A DNA stretch of 64,000 bases from Candidatus Hodarchaeum mangrovi (GTDB taxonomy: Archaea; Asgardarchaeota; Heimdallarchaeia; Hodarchaeales; Hodarchaeaceae), in NCBI GenBank assembly GCA_016839515.1, contig JAEOUE010000127.1, forward strand, positions 1 to 64,000, in the 5' to 3' direction. The notes under the pieces were generated by a model. The model was not told where the DNA came from, ran no database searches, and saw only the letters and a list, made by a program, of their open reading frames with translations. This document shows positions 30,561 to 38,727 of the stretch, piece by piece. The translations under genes were made by a program, and so were the position numbers. Within the stretch, counting starts at the first letter, position 1. The number at the start of each line of letters is the position of its first letter.

Positions 30561-30984
30561 CTATTAAATCAATAGTTGTTGAATTAAGAATTTGAATTGA
30601 CTTATTTCGGGTCAATAACAGAATATTAAAAGTTTCGGATAATTTTGAAAGATAAAATTCAATTTCAGGAAGAATATGATAGTAATGGAACATATTAATA
30701 CAAATCGTAAAAAAATTATACTTTTTAGAACTTTGTAAATTTCCAGATTTAATTATTTCATTCAATAATTCTTCTGAATGTACATTGAGAAAGAAAAAAT
30801 GAGAGGGACTAAAATCTTGCGTTTCAAAGAGTGTATAAAATTCAGGAAGTTGAATGATTTGATAATCTATCCACAAGATTTTAGGAATTAGTAAATTTGA
30901 CAGTTTAGTAAATAAATGTTTAAGAGAATCCTTATATTCTCCAATCAGTAAATAAATATGTTTTTGGGGTAATGCTTCATCCAT
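30553..30984 (-). CDS. Minimal degenerate RecA-fold-like protein
   Basis: IYLLIGEYKDSL / KILWID / TICIN / LSETFNILLLT follow the RadA core strand order; no Walker A Lys; overlaps the downstream paralogue by 8 nt. Confidence 0.55.
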   Translation of the reverse strand: MDEALPQKHIYLLIGEYKDSLKHLFTKLSNLLIPKILWIDYQIIQLPEFYTLFETQDFSPSHFFFLNVHSEELLNEIIKSGNLQSSKKYNFFTICINMFHYYHILPEIEFYLSKLSETFNILLLTRNKSIQILNSTTIDLIGE

Positions 30985-30994
30985 TCAAACTATC

Positions 30995-32035
30995 TCAATA
31001 ATTATTATCTTGATTTACTGGATTTAGAATTTCCTTTTCCTGTTGAACCACCATTTCTTGGTAAGCATAATAATAAGGAAATACAAACAAAATAAAAATT
31101 AAAACGGGCAACATGATCCATCCTGGGATTGGGTGGTTAATAGGAAGAAAATTAGAGTGAGAATCTTTCTGAAATACTCCAGATAGTTTTAATTCTATCC
31201 TAACTGCTTTGGCACTATCAAATCCATTATAATCTGGCTTAATTAAAATAAGAACTTCATTTATTGGATTAATTTCGGAACTAGATAAGGAATAATTGAT
31301 AATAAGGGTATGGTCACCGATTCCATAATACCTTTGCTGATTAACTGTCACTGAATCAATTTCCAATTGGGTAAGTGTGATACGTAATGTACATAGCAAT
31401 GAAAAATCAGTGGGAGGAGGTACTACAAATAAATATGAATGAATCGCTAGACTTTTCTCAAGAAATGTATATTTTTCTGGTTCAACAATAAAATATTGAC
31501 TTGCTGGAAATATATCCAGAGAACTTAATTCCAACGGATTATAATAATCCATAGTAATAAGCTCAGCATTTATAATTTGAAAATTAATATTGGAAGTTCT
31601 CCAATTTATAGTAGGGTCTAATATTAAAGTTATAGAAAGCTTTAAGGAGTTTTCTGTTACACTCCCGAGAGGAAGATACAGTTGTTGAGCTAAAGAAAAT
31701 TGATAGGATTCACTTTCAGATAGAGAGATTTTCTCCATCAAATAAAATGTTCTTGTTTTGAATTGACCATTAATCTTTGCTTGAAGGGTTACACTACTTA
31801 TAGGTTCACCATGGTTCTGAACAGTAAAATTTAATAAAACTATTTCTCTAGATCTAGTTAAAAGTACACTACGAATATATTCTTGATCCACTGTCGAAAT
31901 TTGTTCATTAATATAAAGATTATATCGATCTATTACATTCAGATTAGTTTGTTCATTCCCTAGAACAACTTGGATACCAGAACTTACTAAAAAACTAATA
32001 ACAAGAAAAAAAGTAAAAATTTCGATTCTTTTCAT
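30995..32035 (-). CDS. Secreted beta-rich protein with C-terminal membrane anchor
   Basis: Signal peptide, beta-strand-rich body, C-terminal TM IPGWIMLPVLIFILFVFPYYY. Confidence 0.75.
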   Translation of the reverse strand: MKRIEIFTFFLVISFLVSSGIQVVLGNEQTNLNVIDRYNLYINEQISTVDQEYIRSVLLTRSREIVLLNFTVQNHGEPISSVTLQAKINGQFKTRTFYLMEKISLSESESYQFSLAQQLYLPLGSVTENSLKLSITLILDPTINWRTSNINFQIINAELITMDYYNPLELSSLDIFPASQYFIVEPEKYTFLEKSLAIHSYLFVVPPPTDFSLLCTLRITLTQLEIDSVTVNQQRYYGIGDHTLIINYSLSSSEINPINEVLILIKPDYNGFDSAKAVRIELKLSGVFQKDSHSNFLPINHPIPGWIMLPVLIFILFVFPYYYAYQEMVVQQEKEILNPVNQDNNY

Positions 32036-32607
32036 TAAATAATTCCCTCTAAAGTTATTAATATTAAACTAGAAAGATTTAGTGCTATTAAGAATAATCC
32101 TCCCCTAAAGAAAAAGGAGTTTGTTCTTTTTTCATTCTTATTCCACTTTGATAATGAGAAATACCGCCCATTCGAGAATTCTTTCCATACATAGTGCTTG
32201 ACAGGATGGTTTGAAAATATCGATGTTTTTCCAAGAGGGATACCTGGAGCTGAAAAAGCGTCTAAAATCAAGTGGGAAATCCAGCTGATGAGAGCTAACC
32301 AAATTAGAACAGAAAAATCGGATCCCTCAGTTATATAGATTAATGGAAGAAAATATAGGACTGTTAGAGGTGAATGGGAGAGAGGATGACGATATTGAGT
32401 TAATGTAAATCGTTGGCTAAGATTAATTCTCTCAAATTTTGGACTAAAACCCAGATTCATATCAAGATAATTAGGAACGAGACTAAGAAAACCCAAAGGA
32501 TATGATAGTAGAAAATAGAACCATAATTCAATAGTATCATGAATAAACGTTGACAGAAAGATGTTCATTAGCGCAACAGCGAAGGTTAGATGAGTTTGAT
32601 TTTTCAT
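32035..32607 (-). CDS. YdjM/DUF457-like membrane metal-dependent hydrolase
   Basis: QTH, VPNYLD, RHPLSHS, SHLILDAFSAPGIP. Confidence 0.8.
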   Translation of the reverse strand: MKNQTHLTFAVALMNIFLSTFIHDTIELWFYFLLSYPLGFLSLVPNYLDMNLGFSPKFERINLSQRFTLTQYRHPLSHSPLTVLYFLPLIYITEGSDFSVLIWLALISWISHLILDAFSAPGIPLGKTSIFSNHPVKHYVWKEFSNGRYFSLSKWNKNEKRTNSFFFRGGLFLIALNLSSLILITLEGII

Positions 32608-32611
32608 AGGA

Positions 32612-35600
32612 TTAATCTCGCCTCCTTCGTTTAAATAATCTTCCCCCTATAACTGTAATTGCGAAAATAATACCTGAAAGACCTATTTCAAATAATGGAT
32701 TGTTTGTAAAATTATTAATGAAGGATTTAAGATTTGAGGAACTTTCCTTGATATAAGAAGAACTCATTGATTCAGTTGTAGATATAAAAATAGTTAAAGA
32801 GTCTAAAACCAACTCACACTCCTGATTTATATCATCAAATACTCTAATAATAACAGAATAATACCCCTGAGCTAAATATATACCAAAAAAGTAATGAGTT
32901 CCATTGTAGGATGGATTATTAAATCTTAATTCATTAATATCAATAGTAATAGACTTAACTGCATAATCATCAATAATTTCAAACGCAAAATACCAGTACT
33001 GCTCAAAATATCTATCATTTTCTGGAATATGATTGATGGAATATGATTTGATTTGAGGAGGATAATCAGAGTTATTGAACAATCCGTGATATGCATTAAC
33101 ACATCCAGTTATGTCCTCAATGAAAATAGAATAGTTCCAAACTCCTGGATAAAGATCAGGGGTTTCAATTTCCCAATCAAAGTATAATCCAGAAAGCGAT
33201 GAATACGTTAAAACTCCTCTGCCCTGTATTTCTGAAGTTGAATTAGATAATATTATCTTAACAGATTCAGTATTAATAGATGAATTTTGTTTAAAACCCC
33301 TTAGTTCTAATATAAATGAATTTCTACTAACAATAAAACTATCAATTTCAATGTTGGGAGCATACCAAGTTGATTTGTAAAAGAATTTTCCAGATGGTTG
33401 AGAATTATCCCATGGATACCAAACTAGAATTTCAAAGGTATAATTATTTGGAGATAAAGGCAAGTTTGATACCCAACGATTCCAAAAAGGTTCAAAAGTT
33501 AATGGATAGATTGAATCATCAATAATTAGCTTAACCTGATCCACAGGAAGTGAATAAGAGTTGATTCTTAAAAAAAATTCATAAAACGATCCTTGGTAAT
33601 TTATACTAATAGTATCTAGGATAGGATCAAGTGGATTCCATTCAAGATTGAATAACCGAAGGTCATATTTGTTATTCACTGTACAGGCAAAAATGGTAAT
33701 TTCCCAAATTCCTGGAGTGGGTAAGACAATTGAAGCACGATAATTTTGGTAAAAAGAACTCCAGTGAAGAATCGATATCATGCTTCCATTGATAAGAACA
33801 CCAGCTTGAGCAAAGTCAGGATTAGCAACAACCTCTGCTTGGATTAAATAACCCCCAGTTTCATTTATTTTTGTTAGTGTGGGATTAAGTAGTAATTCAA
33901 TTGCTTCAACAATGGAAAAAATAATTTTTTTTGTTTTGAAGTTTCTTGCTTCATCAAATGCCCAAACTTGTAATTCATAGGAACCAAAACTGAGAACTAG
34001 CGAAATTGGCTGATTATAGGTCTGATTATAGGTATGAACTCCTATAATATTCCATAGAATTGTTGTACCATTCGTAGAAAATGAAATCAAGATTTCCCCT
34101 GTATAGGATTGATTATGGGGGGAATAGACTTTAAGACTTGGAGGGATAGTATCAATACTGAAATATGCACGCTTTATCACATAATTCCCAGCAGGGTCAG
34201 ATACTTTCACTGTGAGATTGTATGAGCCATCATCCAAGGTGAGTTCCATTTCGTTATAACCAATAATTTCTCCATCTAGGAACAATTCTACTATATTTTC
34301 GTCTGTTAGATATTTAATATGTACATTTTTCTCTCCATAGGTACAGTTTGTTGGAGAAAGAAGAGCTAATGAAGGAGAAGTTGTATCCACTGAAAAAGAA
34401 ACAAACTCGTAAGTGATCATACCATCTTGATTAAAACCAAACACATGTAGGGTATAATCACCTTGACCTAATGATCGATAAGTCGTTTTCATCCAAGTAG
34501 AATTCAAACTATCAATAGGTTCAATAAAATAAGAATAATTATTCGCATTTCCCGAGAGAGCGATCTCAATTATTGAACCATAAATTTGGTTTAGAGGGGA
34601 TAAAATTATCACATTTGATGGGACTGAATGGATTATAATAATAAAAACACTACTAGTTGATTGTGAATAATAATTGGTAGAACTTAAGTTAGTTTTAACC
34701 CTAATATAATAAATTCCTGGAGTAGAAAATAGTACGGAAAAATAAAAAGCTCCACTGCCTGAAGAAGAATCAACTTGGGTATTTGTTCCATTAATTTCAA
34801 GAATAATATCCTGATTTGGAATAGGACCCGATACTTCACCAATTACTATCCCATCTATATTAGTGGATAAGTTAACATAAGTTTCACTTGGAACAGAAAG
34901 AGAAAGAAAGAGTTCTTCAAAAACTGTTATAGAAAGAGTCTTTTCATGATCATAAACGAAAGGGGCGGTAGAAATTACTTTAAGAGTCTTAATTCCGCGA
35001 GAAAAAAAGGTATAAGAATAATTATACACACCTGCAGGTTGCCAGTCTTTCCATAACTGATTTGTAATCCAAATCTGAAATTGTTCATTACAGGTTACTT
35101 TAAAATAAAAAGGGTTGTTGACATTTCCATTAGTACTTGCTTGAATTGTAATCTGAGGGATCATCCATATCTCTGAATAGTCATATTTTGTATTAAATGG
35201 ACCAACAGCTCGTATGGTAATAGGTCCTTTATATAAAGTAGGTACAGACCAATTATAAGATCCAAATCCAGTTGCATTAAGTTTGATGGAACTGATTGGA
35301 GTCCATACAGATTCTCCACTTATTTGCCAAGAAAGATTCACAAGATCACTCAATCCACCAGCTAGTAAAATCACCGTCCATTTTCCTCCTACAATCTCTG
35401 AATCTATAAAGATCGATAATGGAGGTCTTACGGTGAAGCTAAGAATAGGTTTATTTATAGATGAATAGAATAATTTGACTGGATTACCATTGTACTTGAA
35501 CTCAATTAAATGTAACCCAATTTGAGCAGAACCTGTTATCACATAATCAAATAAAAAAATTCCTTCTTCATTGGTAATATTTGATCCTAAGGTACTTCCT

Positions 35601-37405
35601 GAAGTAGTATCAGTTATGGTTATTATCTCATTGATTAGTTTTGTACCCAATTCATCAACTAATTGTCCCCATAATCGGATTGTCTGTCCCTTGACGACTT
35701 CAGATGTATTACATCCGATATTTTCAAAGTGAGGATTAGAAAAAATAGTTAGATAAAAATATTCGATATGAGAGTCATATCGTTGTGAACCTGAATATAA
35801 AACAACATAAGGAGAGATACCAAGGGGATGAGACAAGGGAATTTGATATTCGATTTCAACTCCGGGTGTACAGTTTTTCGTTTGAATAATTGATCCGTTT
35901 AAGAAAGTAAGAGAAATTTGTCCTTCACTAAGAGCCATAGCCCCAGAAAGAACAGTAACTTGAATAATAGTTAATGAATTTCTTGCTATACTAGTTTCAT
36001 ACGTTAAATCAAAAATTGTATTTCCTTTTACGATAAGAATGAAACTCTTTGTTGTATTCATCAAATAAGGAATTAACGAATGTGTGTGAAAAGCAAAGTG
36101 ATGACTCCCAACTGTTGCATTTTGAGGAATTACGTATTCAATAGTTACAAAACCATCCTGATTGGTAGATTTATTAACAATTGAATAATCATCAGTAATA
36201 TCAAATAATTCAATTCTACATTCGACAGGATGTGTGTGTATATCATCTTCAGTTGCATATATAGAAAAACGTACAGTCTCTCCTTGTCGAAATTCAGAGC
36301 TATTAGTTACATATTCAATTCGAATTTGATCCACAATATCGATATATGAAGAGACATTGGCATAAACATGATTATTACTTGGATCCAACAGCTCTGTCAT
36401 AATTTGAAGATTCCCAATGGGAACAGAGCTATTTGGGTTGAAGAGATTCGTTATTGTACGTGAAGACACTAGATTCCGAGCAAATTCAAAAACTTGTGAA
36501 GTTTGATAGAAAGACCGTAATACTAACCCAAAAGGATGATCACCAAGAATAATCGTGGTAAGCTCAAGCTGATCAATATTTCGTTGAAGCATCGAGGAGT
36601 TTAACGTTTGACTCAATGTAAATCCATTACTCATTACTGTAACAGGAATTAATGGAGAAGTGGAGGGTTGTGTCATACTTTGATCGCTTCCTGTATATTC
36701 AGCTAGGATGAAATTAATCCCCAGTGGAGTAAATATAGGAAATATATAATCAAAAGAAAAATTATAAGTTGTTGGATCAGAACCCGCTATATAAGGGAGT
36801 GGTCCATAGGTATGAATGACAGGATTGCCAGAGAGGTTCAAATTTCGAACAAACACATAACCATCTTTAAAGAACCAACTATAAGGAATAATAACTTCAA
36901 TGGTTATAGTAAGTGATGCATTTTTATAAACAACAGAGGAATTAAGAGAAAGAGAAGTGGAAGTGGAACGATAATCACCTGGTAGATATTCCTCAAAAAT
37001 AACTTCACAGTAATTCACAGAAGATAAATAATCCCCTGAACTAAAAAATTCCCCTTGAAAAAAATGAGTACCTAAAGGATTGGTAGAGTTAACCAACCAT
37101 GTCAATTGCAACTCACCATCCAGTAAAATCCCCGATATGTATTCAGAAGTATTCAAATCAGTTACTCTAACTATTCCCGTTGAGACAGGATCATATTCAT
37201 GATAAACCCAAATAAAAAAGATTATGACATCATTTTCTTTCACTATCCCTTGAGAAGCACTAATTGTTAATTCAGTACTAATTGATAATCCAAAAACCGA
37301 AGTAAGAGAAAAATTGGGAGTGAAGAGTGATAAGAGAAAACATCCCAATATTAAAACTCGAGATAAAATTCTCTGATTCAATCCATGCATAATATTTTTC
37401 CTCAT
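32612..37405 (-). CDS. 1597-aa cell-surface protein with tandem Ig-like/beta-sandwich domains
   Basis: Signal peptide; repeated TNxxGxxxxxYxIP...GxHxxxxxYxG and VDTTSP/IDTIPP..SPxN units; Ser/Thr linker, C-terminal TM and basic tail KRRRRD. Confidence 0.85.
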   Translation of the reverse strand: MRKNIMHGLNQRILSRVLILGCFLLSLFTPNFSLTSVFGLSISTELTISASQGIVKENDVIIFFIWVYHEYDPVSTGIVRVTDLNTSEYISGILLDGELQLTWLVNSTNPLGTHFFQGEFFSSGDYLSSVNYCEVIFEEYLPGDYRSTSTSLSLNSSVVYKNASLTITIEVIIPYSWFFKDGYVFVRNLNLSGNPVIHTYGPLPYIAGSDPTTYNFSFDYIFPIFTPLGINFILAEYTGSDQSMTQPSTSPLIPVTVMSNGFTLSQTLNSSMLQRNIDQLELTTIILGDHPFGLVLRSFYQTSQVFEFARNLVSSRTITNLFNPNSSVPIGNLQIMTELLDPSNNHVYANVSSYIDIVDQIRIEYVTNSSEFRQGETVRFSIYATEDDIHTHPVECRIELFDITDDYSIVNKSTNQDGFVTIEYVIPQNATVGSHHFAFHTHSLIPYLMNTTKSFILIVKGNTIFDLTYETSIARNSLTIIQVTVLSGAMALSEGQISLTFLNGSIIQTKNCTPGVEIEYQIPLSHPLGISPYVVLYSGSQRYDSHIEYFYLTIFSNPHFENIGCNTSEVVKGQTIRLWGQLVDELGTKLINEIITITDTTSGSTLGSNITNEEGIFLFDYVITGSAQIGLHLIEFKYNGNPVKLFYSSINKPILSFTVRPPLSIFIDSEIVGGKWTVILLAGGLSDLVNLSWQISGESVWTPISSIKLNATGFGSYNWSVPTLYKGPITIRAVGPFNTKYDYSEIWMIPQITIQASTNGNVNNPFYFKVTCNEQFQIWITNQLWKDWQPAGVYNYSYTFFSRGIKTLKVISTAPFVYDHEKTLSITVFEELFLSLSVPSETYVNLSTNIDGIVIGEVSGPIPNQDIILEINGTNTQVDSSSGSGAFYFSVLFSTPGIYYIRVKTNLSSTNYYSQSTSSVFIIIIHSVPSNVIILSPLNQIYGSIIEIALSGNANNYSYFIEPIDSLNSTWMKTTYRSLGQGDYTLHVFGFNQDGMITYEFVSFSVDTTSPSLALLSPTNCTYGEKNVHIKYLTDENIVELFLDGEIIGYNEMELTLDDGSYNLTVKVSDPAGNYVIKRAYFSIDTIPPSLKVYSPHNQSYTGEILISFSTNGTTILWNIIGVHTYNQTYNQPISLVLSFGSYELQVWAFDEARNFKTKKIIFSIVEAIELLLNPTLTKINETGGYLIQAEVVANPDFAQAGVLINGSMISILHWSSFYQNYRASIVLPTPGIWEITIFACTVNNKYDLRLFNLEWNPLDPILDTISINYQGSFYEFFLRINSYSLPVDQVKLIIDDSIYPLTFEPFWNRWVSNLPLSPNNYTFEILVWYPWDNSQPSGKFFYKSTWYAPNIEIDSFIVSRNSFILELRGFKQNSSINTESVKIILSNSTSEIQGRGVLTYSSLSGLYFDWEIETPDLYPGVWNYSIFIEDITGCVNAYHGLFNNSDYPPQIKSYSINHIPENDRYFEQYWYFAFEIIDDYAVKSITIDINELRFNNPSYNGTHYFFGIYLAQGYYSVIIRVFDDINQECELVLDSLTIFISTTESMSSSYIKESSSNLKSFINNFTNNPLFEIGLSGIIFAITVIGGRLFKRRRRD

Positions 37406-37640
37406 TAGTAATCTGGATTTTAATTTAAATATTAATAATCTAAAAATTATATTAATATATAAATACTATAAATATAAATCAATAATCAAGTAAAATATCC
37501 AATTGTCAACTAGTTTGAATATTTAAAACCCCCCACTATCCTAAATCTTAAATTGAGAATAAAAAATATCAATCTTTCACAGAGATTAGTAATTATAGAT
37601 TTAATAGGACATAGGAATTGAATTAATCCTTTTTACAATT

Positions 37641-37656
37641 TTTTTGATATATAAAG
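37641..37656 (+). promoter_or_regulatory. Putative radA promoter TTTTTGATATATAAAG
   Basis: TATA-like element ~40 nt upstream of radA; the same 15-mer occurs at 18850-18864 on the - strand. Confidence 0.55.
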
Positions 37657-37695
37657 CAAGTGCTTAATCTAGTATGAATTATAATTTTAATTCAG

Positions 37696-38727
37696 ATGTG
37701 GAAAAAAATGGCAAAAGCACAGACAATAATAGATGAAGAAGTCTTAGATGAAATTGAAGAACCAAAGAAAAGGAAAAAGACTAAAGAAGTAACGAATGAG
37801 ACATTAACTTTCTTAGAATCTCTAAATGGAATTGGGCCAACAACTCGAAAGCGTCTTGAAGATGCAGGTTTTGGATCCAAAGAATCGATCGCACTAGCTA
37901 CTAGAGCGCAATTGACTGAGATTTCGGGGATTGCAGAGAAAACTGCAACTTTACTAATTCGAGAAGCTCGTGCTCAATTTGATCTTGGTCTAAAGAAAGG
38001 AATTAGTTATCAAGAAGCAGCAAAAAAACGAATCAAATTACAATCGGGTTCATCTGTGTTTGATGAATTATTAGGCGGAGGATTTGAGTCTGGATCTATA
38101 ACAGAATTAGCAGGGGAAAATGGTTGTGGAAAGACTCAAATTGTTCATCAGTTAGCAGTCAATTGCATTAATCAACTCAAAAAAGATGTAGTATGGATAG
38201 ATACAGAAGGAACATTCCGTTTTAATCGTATTAAAGAGATGGCAGAGGATTTGGGACTAGATCATGAACATGTTTTAGAACGAATAACGATTGGACGAGC
38301 ATATAATTCTGAACATCAAATGGCGCTTACTGAAGAAGCCATTACTATGACCCCGAATATTGGTTTGGTAATTGTAGACAGTTTAATGTCAAACTTCAGG
38401 AATGAATTCGCTGGAAGAGGAACATTAGCAGAACGTCAACAATTAATTGGGAAACACCTCGCATTTATCACAAAACAAGCTGAAATAATGAACTTTGTAG
38501 CTGTTGTTACTAATCAAGTTGCAGCTAAACCGGATGCTATGTTCTTTGGTGACCCCAATAGACCTGTCGGAGGCAATGTTGTTGGTCATACAGTTACAAC
38601 AAGGATAATGATCCGTAAAGGGAAGGGGGAAAAGCGAACAGCAACTTTAACTAAAAATCCTGAATTACCAGATGGGAAAATTGAATTCGCAGTCATTGCT
38701 GAAGGCATCAGAGATTATAAAGGATAA
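37696..38727 (+). CDS. radA: RadA/Rad51 recombinase (possibly a second paralogue)
   Basis: HhH N-domain (GIGPTT, GIAEKTA), LLGGGFE, GENGCGKTQ, IDTEGTF, VDSL, GRGTLAERQQ, TNQV, GGNVVGH. Confidence 0.92.
   Translation: MWKKMAKAQTIIDEEVLDEIEEPKKRKKTKEVTNETLTFLESLNGIGPTTRKRLEDAGFGSKESIALATRAQLTEISGIAEKTATLLIREARAQFDLGLKKGISYQEAAKKRIKLQSGSSVFDELLGGGFESGSITELAGENGCGKTQIVHQLAVNCINQLKKDVVWIDTEGTFRFNRIKEMAEDLGLDHEHVLERITIGRAYNSEHQMALTEEAITMTPNIGLVIVDSLMSNFRNEFAGRGTLAERQQLIGKHLAFITKQAEIMNFVAVVTNQVAAKPDAMFFGDPNRPVGGNVVGHTVTTRIMIRKGKGEKRTATLTKNPELPDGKIEFAVIAEGIRDYKG

Noticed and set aside
30995-37405. Fusexin/HAP2-like fusogen
   Set aside because: No Cys-rich fusexin pattern visible; the large protein reads as tandem Ig-like repeats. 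A structure search would be needed to exclude it fully.
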